Part shown: piece by piece, positions 1-7,510 of the stretch
Layout: every line of letters starts with the position of its first letter
How positions within the stretch are numbered: the stretch's first letter is position 1
Origin: Candidatus Velamenicoccus archaeovorus
Lineage (GTDB): Bacteria; Omnitrophota; Gorgyraeia; Velamenicoccales; Velamenicoccaceae
Assembly: GCF_004102945.1 (NCBI RefSeq)
Contig: NZ_CP019384.1
Span: 180,001 to 212,000, forward strand
Length of the DNA: 32,000 nucleotides
Direction of reading: 5' to 3'
Notes under the pieces: model-generated
Told to the model about the DNA's origin: nothing
Database searches by the model: none
Seen by the model: only the letters and a program-made list of their open reading frames with translations
Position numbers and translations under genes: made by a program

Positions 1-1542
1 GGCATCATCGCACAGCCGGACTGGAAGAAGGACGCAGATTTTCTGAAGCTGGGGCGGCCGGAGCTTTTTTTCGGGGTGACGGCCGGCAACCTGGATTCAA
101 TGCTGGCCATCTACACATCGGGCATGAGCCTGCGCAAAGAAGACAAGTATTCCCCGGGGGGCGCCAGGGGGCTGAGGCCCAGGCTGCCGACGATCGTTTA
201 TACCCAGAAATTGCGTCAACTCTTTGCCGGGACGCCCGTCGTGATCGGCGGCCTGGAGGCTTCCCTGAGGCGATTGAGCTATTACGATTTTTGGACGGAT
301 GCGGTGAGGCGCTCCATTCTTTTTGACGCCAAGGCCGATATGCTCGTCTATGGGATGGGGGAGCGTCCGGTGACTGAGATCGCTTCCAGGCTCAAGGCCA
401 AAGAAAAAATAGACCGGATGGACGATATCCGCGGCACGGTGATCGTCCGCAAGACCTGTGACGGTTTTGATCGTCCGGTCGTCCTGCCGTCGTTCGAAGA
501 GGTGCGGTCTGATAAAAAGAAATTCGTCGAAGCCTTCAATCTTTACAGCAAGGAATCCAATCCTTTTACGGCGCGCGTCGTTGCGCAAGAGACGGACACG
601 CGTTTTTGTATCCAGCTGCCGCCGGCCCTGCCTTTGACGCAGGACGAGATGGACAGTCTTTATAGCCTGCCGTTCAGCCGGCGCTGCCACCCGGACTACA
701 TGCGTTATGGCGGCGTGCCGGCGCTCAAGACCGTCGAGGCCTCCATTGTCAGCCACAGGGGTTGCCTGGCGGCGTGCTCTTTTTGTTCCTTGTCCCTGCA
801 TCAGGGTAAGGTGATCCAGGGCCGCAGTGCGGCTTCTCTCGTGCAGGAAGCGTCAAAGATCGCTGGCGACAGGAAGTCCAAGGGGGTTATCACGGACGTG
901 GGAGGGTCGACAGCGAATATGTATGCTGCCTCTTGCAGCCGGGGATACCGGTGCAGCCGCACCGATTGTCTTTGGCCGGAGGTCTGTCCGAATCTGGAGC
1001 TGGACTTTAAAAAACAGGCGCAGATGCTGGAATCCGTGCGTCGGGCGTCCGGCGTCAGGCAGGTGCATATCCAGAGCGGGATGCGCTATGAACTTCTTCT
1101 GCTGCCACAGGCACGGGAATATTTTCGTCTTTTGTGCCGGTATTTTATCAGCGGCCAGCTCAAGATCGCGCCGGAGCATGTCGCAGATGCTATCTGCGAT
1201 CTGATGCATAAGCCGCGCAAGAACATCCTGCAACAGTTTTCCAGGGAATACGCGGCCTTGAATAAAGAGCTTGGGAAGAAGCAATATTTGGCCCAGTATT
1301 TCATCACAGCCCATCCCGGCTGCGGTCCGAAAGAGGCCGAAGAGTTGGCGGCATTCACCAGGACCATGGGATATACGCCGCGGCAGATCCAGGATTTTAT
1401 TCCTTTGCCCATGACGCGATCGTCCTGCATGTATTACACGGGATTGGATCCGGAAACAGGCAGGCCTCTCTACGTCGCCCGCTCGAGGCACGAAAGGCTC
1501 CAGCAGAGACGGATGGTTCAGGGGGCGAAGCTCCTTGACTAA
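1..1542 (+). CDS. ygiQ: YgiQ-family (UPF0313) radical SAM protein, 5'-truncated by window edge
   Basis: Frame 1 is open from base 1 (GIIAQPDWKKDADFLKLGRPELFFGVTAGNLDS...), so ATG 76 is internal. CLAACSFC is a CxxxCxxC radical-SAM motif. Family recognised from the overall sequence. TAA at 1540-1542. Confidence 0.8.
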   Translation, partial: GIIAQPDWKKDADFLKLGRPELFFGVTAGNLDSMLAIYTSGMSLRKEDKYSPGGARGLRPRLPTIVYTQKLRQLFAGTPVVIGGLEASLRRLSYYDFWTDAVRRSILFDAKADMLVYGMGERPVTEIASRLKAKEKIDRMDDIRGTVIVRKTCDGFDRPVVLPSFEEVRSDKKKFVEAFNLYSKESNPFTARVVAQETDTRFCIQLPPALPLTQDEMDSLYSLPFSRRCHPDYMRYGGVPALKTVEASIVSHRGCLAACSFCSLSLHQGKVIQGRSAASLVQEASKIAGDRKSKGVITDVGGSTANMYAASCSRGYRCSRTDCLWPEVCPNLELDFKKQAQMLESVRRASGVRQVHIQSGMRYELLLLPQAREYFRLLCRYFISGQLKIAPEHVADAICDLMHKPRKNILQQFSREYAALNKELGKKQYLAQYFITAHPGCGPKEAEELAAFTRTMGYTPRQIQDFIPLPMTRSSCMYYTGLDPETGRPLYVARSRHERLQQRRMVQGAKLLD

Positions 1543-1562
1543 ACGTCGCCTTCCTCTATAAT
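1535..1562 (+). promoter_or_regulatory. sigma70-like promoter TTGACT-N16-TATAAT upstream of feoA
   Basis: TTGACT 1535-1540 (overlaps the ygiQ stop), 16-nt spacer, TATAAT 1557-1562. The feoA ATG at 1573 follows the -10 box by 10 nt with no Shine-Dalgarno. Confidence 0.5.
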
Positions 1563-1572
1563 CTAACGTAGC

Positions 1573-1830
1573 ATGCTTAAGCTTTCTCTGACTCAGCTGA
1601 AAAAAGGATCGAAAGCCAGGATCGTGGAGCTCGCTGGCGGCAAAGAAGTGGCGCACAGGCTTTCGATGATGGGGTTACGGCCTGGCGAACAACTGGTGAA
1701 GTTGAGCGCCTTTGCGCTGCGCGGCCCTGTCGCCGTCCGGATCGGGCATACGACCCTGGCCCTTGGGCATGGCATGGCTGAAAAAGTAATCGTTGAAGTC
1801 AGCGCTGAACCCCCCGTCAAGCCTTCATGA
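1573..1830 (+). CDS. feoA: ferrous iron transport protein A (FeoA)
   Basis: 85 aa with an FeoA SH3-like pattern (ARIVELAGG..RLSMMGLRPGEQLVKL..GPVAVRIGHTTLALGHGMAEKVIV). Stop overlaps the feoB start (ATGA 1827-1830). Confidence 0.85.
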   Translation: MLKLSLTQLKKGSKARIVELAGGKEVAHRLSMMGLRPGEQLVKLSAFALRGPVAVRIGHTTLALGHGMAEKVIVEVSAEPPVKPS

Positions 1831-3554
1831 AAAAGATCATCCTTATCGGTAATCCCAATGTCGGCAAAAGTGTCATTTTCGCGCGCCTGACAGGCGTGCG
1901 CGTCATCACGTCCAATTATCCTGGAACGACGGTGGAATACCGCAAAGGGATCATGAGCGTCGGCGAGGAGACCTATGAAGTCATCGACATGCCGGGTACC
2001 TACAGCCTGGAGCCGACCTCAAAGGCCGAAGAGGTGACCTGTACGTTCTTGGACGATGTCTGCTGCCGGGAAAAAGATTGTTTTATCCTCAATATCGTCG
2101 ATGCCACGAACCTGGAACGCAATCTGCACCTGACTCTTGATTTGATCGACAAAGGGTATCCTGTTGTCGTGGTCTTGAACATGTGCGACGATATCAAGCA
2201 CAGGGGCATAGATATCGATGCCGCCAAGCTTGAGGAGCTCTTGGGCGTTCCGGTCATCTCGACCTGCGCCGTGACAGGCGTGGGCATCAAGGTTTTGAGA
2301 GAACGTCTCTTTCAGGGCGTCCCCCGGCCGCCGCGGCAGAGGACCCATGAAGAGATCTGGCGCGCCGTCGGCGTCATTGTCAGCCAGGCCCAGCGCCTGA
2401 CGCACAGGCATCATACGTTGCGCGAGATGATGGAGGACCTTTCGATCCGGCCGTTCACAGGTCTGCTTATCGGAATAGGCGTCATTTATGCTGTTTTCAA
2501 GAGCGTGCGTTTTATCGGCGAGGGTCTGATCCAGTATGTCTTCGACCCCCTTTTTAACGATGTGTATGCGCCGCTTTTGATGAAGCTCAGCGCCTTTCTG
2601 CAGCCGGGGACGTTCGGCCACCATATCTTGATCGGCGAGCTGATCGATGGCAAGATCGATTTCAAAAACTCGATCGGCCTGTTGACGACTGCCCCTTATG
2701 TCGAATTCGACATGGTGTTGCCCTATATCATTTCTTTTTACCTTATCCTAGGAATTATTGAAGATATAGGGTATCTGCCGCGTTTCGCGCTCCTTTTGGA
2801 TGCCTTGATGCATAGAGTCGGCCTGCACGGTTTTGCCATTATTCCTGTTCTTTTGGGTTTTGGATGCAATGTGCCCGGGATCATGGCGACGCGCGTTCTG
2901 GAGAGCAAGCGTGAACGTTTTATCGCCTCGACGTTGATCTCCATCGCCGTGCCTTGCGCCGCGCTCCAGGCGATGATGATCAAGCTTCTGGGACCGTGGG
3001 GGATGGGGGGCTTGGCGATCGTCTTCGGGACGTTGTTGGTCGCATGGCTCGTCATCGGGCTTGTGCTCAACAAGGTGCTCAAAGGCTATAGCCCGGAGCT
3101 GGTTCTTGAGATCCCGCATTACCGGTTTCCGCCGATGAACATTATCTTTTCCAAGCTTTGGCTGCGGGTCAGGGAGTTTATTATTGATGCCTTTCCGTTT
3201 GTCATTGCCGGGGTTCTTGTCGTCAACCTGTTGCAGTATTTTCGCGTCCTTGAGGCCGCCAGCAGCATTTTTGCGCCTGTCACGCGTACCATCCTCGGCC
3301 TTCCGGGAGAGGCGGCTTTTCCTTTGTTGATCGGTTTTTTGCGCAAAGATATCGCCGCAGGGCTGCTTCTGCCGCTGCAGATGGGTTTTAAACAGACCGT
3401 GATCGCCTGCGTGGTCTTGTCGATGTCGTTTCCCTGCATCGCGACATTCATTATTTTCCTGAAAGAATTGGGCTGGAAGTATTTGCTGGCGGCCACCGGC
3501 ATCATGGTTCTGGCGACCCTGGCCGCCGGCGGATTCCTTAATTTGGTTCTATGA
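1827..3554 (+). CDS. feoB: ferrous iron transporter B (FeoB)
   Basis: N-terminal G domain with GNPNVGKS (G1), DMPG (G3) and NMCD (G4), followed by a long polytopic membrane domain. Confidence 0.95.
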   Translation: MKKIILIGNPNVGKSVIFARLTGVRVITSNYPGTTVEYRKGIMSVGEETYEVIDMPGTYSLEPTSKAEEVTCTFLDDVCCREKDCFILNIVDATNLERNLHLTLDLIDKGYPVVVVLNMCDDIKHRGIDIDAAKLEELLGVPVISTCAVTGVGIKVLRERLFQGVPRPPRQRTHEEIWRAVGVIVSQAQRLTHRHHTLREMMEDLSIRPFTGLLIGIGVIYAVFKSVRFIGEGLIQYVFDPLFNDVYAPLLMKLSAFLQPGTFGHHILIGELIDGKIDFKNSIGLLTTAPYVEFDMVLPYIISFYLILGIIEDIGYLPRFALLLDALMHRVGLHGFAIIPVLLGFGCNVPGIMATRVLESKRERFIASTLISIAVPCAALQAMMIKLLGPWGMGGLAIVFGTLLVAWLVIGLVLNKVLKGYSPELVLEIPHYRFPPMNIIFSKLWLRVREFIIDAFPFVIAGVLVVNLLQYFRVLEAASSIFAPVTRTILGLPGEAAFPLLIGFLRKDIAAGLLLPLQMGFKQTVIACVVLSMSFPCIATFIIFLKELGWKYLLAATGIMVLATLAAGGFLNLVL

Positions 3555-4627
3555 AGATAAAAGCCATTGCGCTTGTTTCCGGAGGACTCGACAGCACCCT
3601 GGCCACGAAGGTGGTGATGGACCAGGGGGTGGATGTCATTGCCGCCAATTTTGTCTCGCCGTTCTGCCGCTGCGACCGAGGCCGTTCTTCTCTCGTGGGG
3701 CCGAGGGAGTCCCGAGCGGAGTCGAGGGACGACAAAGATATAGGCCATGGGAAGGCAGGCTGTCGCCATGAAGCAAAATTCGTTTCAGAGCAGCTGGGTA
3801 TCCCCTTGAAGATTGTCAATGTCACAAAAGATTTTCTCGAGGTTCTTAAATCGCCAAAGCACGGTTACGGCTCGAACATCAATCCGTGCATCGATTGCCG
3901 GATCCTGATGCTTAAAAAAGCACGGCAGCTGATGGATGATCTGGGGGCAAAGTTTCTGATCACGGGCGAAGTGCTGGGTCAGCGTCCCATGTCTCAGCGC
4001 CGCGATGCCATGCACATCATCGAACGCGAGGCGGGCGTCAAAGGCTTGGTCTTGCGGCCCCTGTCTGCCCGGTTGCTTGAGCCGACCATTGCCGAAACAG
4101 AGGGGTGGGTGGACCGCGAGAAGCTCTTGAACATCAGCGGACGGGGACGGAAACCCCAGATGAAGCTGGCCGAGGATTACAACATTAAAGATTACCCGTG
4201 TCCTGCAGGCGGTTGTCTTCTGACGGATCCTGCTTTTTCCCGCCGCATACGGGACCTGATCGACCATGACGAACTGACAATGGAAGATATTCAGTTGTTG
4301 AACCACGGCAGGTATTTCAGGCTCACCGATCGCGTCAAGCTGGTCGTGGGGAAGAACCAGCATGAGAACGAAAAGTTGGAGGCCCTGACGTCGGCGGGCG
4401 ATTACCTTTTTTATCCTGCGCATGATGCGGCCGGCGCCTCCGGCCTGGGGCGCGGGGATTTTTCGCAAGGAGACACGGTGCGTCTTGCGGCCGGCATCAC
4501 GGCGAGGTATTTCGATGCAGCCAAGACTTCGAAGAATATCTCTGTTAACGTCAAGCATGGCGATAAAATAGAGACTATAACCGTCGAAGCTTTTGGTGAC
4601 GAAGAAACAAGGAAATATTTAATTTAA
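3551..4627 (+). CDS. PP-loop ATPase of the MnmA/ThiI-like sulfurtransferase superfamily (no THUMP domain)
   Basis: N-terminal SGGLDS PP-loop. Motifs NPCIDC, GEVLGQRPMSQ and CPAGGCLLTD. ATGA start/stop overlap with feoB at 3551-3554. Confidence 0.7.
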   Translation: MKIKAIALVSGGLDSTLATKVVMDQGVDVIAANFVSPFCRCDRGRSSLVGPRESRAESRDDKDIGHGKAGCRHEAKFVSEQLGIPLKIVNVTKDFLEVLKSPKHGYGSNINPCIDCRILMLKKARQLMDDLGAKFLITGEVLGQRPMSQRRDAMHIIEREAGVKGLVLRPLSARLLEPTIAETEGWVDREKLLNISGRGRKPQMKLAEDYNIKDYPCPAGGCLLTDPAFSRRIRDLIDHDELTMEDIQLLNHGRYFRLTDRVKLVVGKNQHENEKLEALTSAGDYLFYPAHDAAGASGLGRGDFSQGDTVRLAAGITARYFDAAKTSKNISVNVKHGDKIETITVEAFGDEETRKYLI

Positions 4628-4648
4628 CGGGTCGAAGCTAAACTTTCC

Positions 4649-4696
4649 GAAGCTGAGCTTTTCCAATTGCCGGATGACAGCCCAAAGCTCAGCTTC
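4649..4696. repeat. diverged REP-like doublet / 12-bp-stem hairpin
   Basis: GAAGCTGAGCTT (4649-4660) is perfectly complementary to AAGCTCAGCTTC (4685-4696), with a 24-nt loop. Each arm differs at 1 of 12 positions from the core of the 22-bp repeat seen at 9102, 14820 and elsewhere. Confidence 0.5.
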
Positions 4697-4710
4697 CAGC
4701 TAAAACCACT

Positions 4711-4911
4711 ATGTTCACTCATTGCCCCGGCAGGGAAAAAGACATCAAGGTGAGGTATATCAAGTGTCCCTTCTGCGGCACGGAGGTTGAGTTTTTTTCA
4801 GACGAGCCGAAGCGCCGGTGTCCGTCGTGCAAAAAAGACGTCGCTTACACAGAAAAAGATTCGTGTATCTACTGGTGCAAGGTCGCCAAGGATTGCCTGA
4901 TGAGGTTTTGA
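4711..4911 (+). CDS. small Cys-rich zinc-ribbon protein (66 aa)
   Basis: CPFC..(17 aa)..CPSC zinc-ribbon pairs, an N-terminal HCPG and a C-terminal CIYWC..C. The stop lies 1 nt before the next gene start (4913). No obvious SD. Confidence 0.6.
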   Translation: MFTHCPGREKDIKVRYIKCPFCGTEVEFFSDEPKRRCPSCKKDVAYTEKDSCIYWCKVAKDCLMRF

Positions 4912-4912
4912 T

Positions 4913-6184
4913 ATGTTTTATCCCGCGATAGCCGCAATCATTTTTATTCTGGCCTATGTCCTTTTTATCGTTTTTCCGGCCCGCCGGATGCCTGTGGCGG
5001 TCGCCGGGGCCGTCATTTTGGTCGCGACAGGCGTCTTGTCGCCTCCGGAGGCGGCGCGGGCGATCAACTGGAACGTCATGGGGATCTTTGTGGGGACGCT
5101 GGCTGTCGCCGACGTTTTTATGGAGAGCCGCATGCCCGCCTACATCGCTGAGGTCATCATCAACAAGGCCAGGAATACATGCTGGGCGGTTCTTTTGATC
5201 TGTGTCATGACCGGAGTCATTTCGGCCTTTGTCGAGAATGTGGCGACGGTGCTGATCGTCGCGCCCATCGCGCTTTCCCTCTCCAAAAAGCTCGATATCA
5301 ACCCTGTCAACATGATGATCGGCATCGCCATTTCCAGCAACCTCCAGGGGGCGGCGACCTTGATCGGCGATCCGCCCAGCATGCTTCTGGGCGGCTATGC
5401 CAAGATGACCTTTATGGATTTTTTCTTTTACCGGGGCCGGCTGAGTATCTTTTTTGCCGTGGAACTGGGGGCCCTGGTGTCTTTTGCCGTCCTCTATCTG
5501 TTTTTCCGCCGCCTCAAGCAAAAAGAAAAGCTCTTGCGGACGGAAAAGGTCCTTTCGTTATTTCCGACGTTTCTTTTGACGGGCCTCATCGTCTTATTGG
5601 CGCTTTCGTCGTTCTTTGACGCGGGATTTTCTTACATGGCGGGGGTTTTGTGCATGATCGCAGGCATTGTTGCGATCCTCTGGCGGAAATTCATCTTCAA
5701 GGGCGGCGTACGCGCGACGCTCAAGGCCCTGGATTGGGACACGACGTTTTTTCTGGCCGGTGTTTTTGTCCTTGTGGGCGCCATGACCCATACGGGATGG
5801 ATCGACAGGACGGCGGAATTTCTTTCTTCGCTCGTCGGTTCCAATATCTTTTTGGGCTATACGCTTTTGGTTTTTGTCGCGGTTTTTGTCTCGGCCTTTG
5901 TGGATAACGTGCCGTTTTTGGCCGCCATGCTGCCGGTGGCCATGTCGATGGCAGCCAGGCTCGGCATCCAGCCTTCGCTGTTTCTCTTCGGTCTTCTGAT
6001 CGGCGCAAGCCTCGGCGGCAACATCACGCCTATCGGCGCTTCGGCCAACATCGTCGCCTGCGGCCTGCTCAAGAAAGAGGGCCATAGGGTCGGTTTTGGA
6101 CAGTTTGCAAAAATGGGCTTGCCGTTTACGCTGGCGGCCGTGGCAGCGGCATATTTGTTTGTATGGTTTATTTGGTCTCATTGA
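4913..6184 (+). CDS. ArsB/NhaD-superfamily (citrate-transporter-like) permease
   Basis: 423 aa, polytopic. The N-terminal half (INWNVMGIFVGTLAVADVF..SAFVENVATVLIVAPIALSL) and the C-terminal repeat (SAFVDNVPFLAAMLPV..GGNITPIGASANIV) are typical of ArsB/NhaD permeases. Confidence 0.8.
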   Translation: MFYPAIAAIIFILAYVLFIVFPARRMPVAVAGAVILVATGVLSPPEAARAINWNVMGIFVGTLAVADVFMESRMPAYIAEVIINKARNTCWAVLLICVMTGVISAFVENVATVLIVAPIALSLSKKLDINPVNMMIGIAISSNLQGAATLIGDPPSMLLGGYAKMTFMDFFFYRGRLSIFFAVELGALVSFAVLYLFFRRLKQKEKLLRTEKVLSLFPTFLLTGLIVLLALSSFFDAGFSYMAGVLCMIAGIVAILWRKFIFKGGVRATLKALDWDTTFFLAGVFVLVGAMTHTGWIDRTAEFLSSLVGSNIFLGYTLLVFVAVFVSAFVDNVPFLAAMLPVAMSMAARLGIQPSLFLFGLLIGASLGGNITPIGASANIVACGLLKKEGHRVGFGQFAKMGLPFTLAAVAAAYLFVWFIWSH

Positions 6185-6213
6185 CAACCAAAGGACTCCT
6201 TGCCTAAACGCTT

Positions 6214-6277
6214 GTTCATTTTGCTCGCGAACGCCTCGGTCTCGCCGGAGGCGGGCCATGGCGTTCGCAAAATGAAC
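6214..6277. repeat. large imperfect palindrome upstream of the YHS-domain gene
   Basis: GTTCATTTTGCTCGCGAACGCC (6214-6235) versus GGCGTTCGCAAAATGAAC (6260-6277). This gives two 9-bp perfectly complementary blocks separated by a 4-nt bulge, with a 24-nt loop and no T-tract after it. Confidence 0.55.
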
Positions 6278-6325
6278 TTCGCAGGCTGCGGAGTCATTCT
6301 GCCAGAGGCGGAATGAGGAGGAATC

Positions 6326-6730
6326 ATGAAGATGCGGACGACGCTGTTGGTTTTTTCATTTTTTCTTTGCGGGATAGCCCCCGTTTGTGCTCAGTCCCCG
6401 ATGTCGGACGAAGCGATGCATGGGACGGATCCACAAACGACTGTTGCGACTGTCGACAATAAAGTGTGTCCGGTGACGGGCAAGAAGATTCCTAAGGAGG
6501 ATCTCGGCAAATACGGCATAGAATACAAAGGAAAGATCTACAATCTTTGTTCTGAGGCCTGCAAGGGTGAATTCATGAAAGATCCTGATACCTACGCCGC
6601 CAGGGCCGAAGAGAGCGTTGCCAAGACGCAAGCCCGGCAATCCGAGGAATCCGGAGAGATGCCGGACAATCTGAGCGGCATGGAAGACGGCCCGTTGATG
6701 GACGAAACAGATAACGGACCTGCGGATTAA
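6326..6730 (+). CDS. secreted YHS/TRASH-type metal-binding domain protein
   Basis: Signal peptide MKMRTTLLVFSFFLCGIAPVCA/QSP. YHS-like core CPVTGKKI..YKGKIYNLCSEACKGEFMKDPDTY. Acidic low-complexity tail. SD GAGGAGG at 6315-6321. Confidence 0.7.
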   Translation: MKMRTTLLVFSFFLCGIAPVCAQSPMSDEAMHGTDPQTTVATVDNKVCPVTGKKIPKEDLGKYGIEYKGKIYNLCSEACKGEFMKDPDTYAARAEESVAKTQARQSEESGEMPDNLSGMEDGPLMDETDNGPAD

Positions 6731-6930
6731 TCCCGCGGCCAGGGCCGGGGATGCCCGCCGCTAAAGATCGGTTGGCCCGTCTAAGTTGTGGCGGCGGGAA
6801 TGCGGTTGCCTTTGGGAGGAAGCCCCTTCAGGGGATAGCCGATAGGATCATTTGGGAATTGTTCCAAAGAAAAAAGGAGCCCCGGACGGAAATTCCACTC
6901 TTCTTTTTTGTTCCGGGGGAGTGTTTCAAA

Positions 6931-6963
6931 AGAGCGTCTCGATCAAGAGGCGCTCTTTCTTTG
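6931..6963 (+). terminator. rho-independent terminator
   Basis: AGAGCGTCTC (6931-6940) pairs with GAGGCGCTCT (6947-6956): 10 bp including one G-U. 6-nt loop, then TTCTTTG. Confidence 0.6.
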
Positions 6964-6979
6964 ATCGGCCGATAAAATC

Positions 6980-7007
6980 TTGACAAAAAACATCGGGTAT
7001 ATATAAT
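6980..7007 (+). promoter_or_regulatory. consensus sigma70 promoter TTGACA-N16-TATAAT for the Rrf2 operon
   Basis: TTGACA 6980-6985, 16-nt spacer, TATAAT 7002-7007 (12/12 consensus), about 50 nt upstream of the TTG start at 7058. Confidence 0.7.
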
Positions 7008-7057
7008 AAATAAAAGCAGCTATCCCCTTTTGTTTACAAAATACCGGAAAGGCAGAA

Positions 7058-7510
7058 TTGAGAATCACGACGCAAGGCGATTATGCGCTCAGGTGCATCC
7101 TGAGGATCGCGGCCGACGGCCCCGGCGGGCCCGTGGCTATCAGCCGTATCGTTAAGAAGGAAGGCCTGCCTTTGGATTATTTGGAGCAGCTGCTTTTGAA
7201 GCTTCGTCGCTGCCGTCTGATCAAGAGCGTCAGGGGCGCCAAGGGCGGTTATCTTTTGAACGTGCCGGCGGCATCGATCAGTGTCGCCCGCGTCCTGGAG
7301 GCCGTGGAAGGGGATGTTTTTGAGATTATCTGCGACCGCAAGAGAAAAGACGGCAAGGTGTGTAAGGGTTCTAAGAAATGCGTGTTGAGGAACGTTTGGA
7401 AGAGCCTCAAAAAGAGGATCGAGGCTTATTTGGGCTCTGTCGGGTTGGATGAATTACTGAGGAAGTCGAGGTGTACTGAGCAATATGAAAAGGATCGCGG
7501 TTCTCGTTGA
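7058..7510 (+). CDS. Rrf2-family transcriptional regulator (IscR/NsrR-like, probable Fe-S binding)
   Basis: MRITTQGDYALRCIL..., a wHTH (ISRIVKKEGLPLDYLEQLLLKLRRCRLIKSVRGAKGGYLL) and three clustered Cys (C-x9-C-x5-C). TTG start with GGAAAGG upstream. Confidence 0.9.
   Translation: MRITTQGDYALRCILRIAADGPGGPVAISRIVKKEGLPLDYLEQLLLKLRRCRLIKSVRGAKGGYLLNVPAASISVARVLEAVEGDVFEIICDRKRKDGKVCKGSKKCVLRNVWKSLKKRIEAYLGSVGLDELLRKSRCTEQYEKDRGSR

Noticed and set aside
6751-6975. A 74-aa ORF in the YHS-Rrf2 intergenic region.
   Set aside because: It has no SD and an unremarkable composition, and it reads through the intrinsic terminator stem. The region is more likely non-coding structured RNA.
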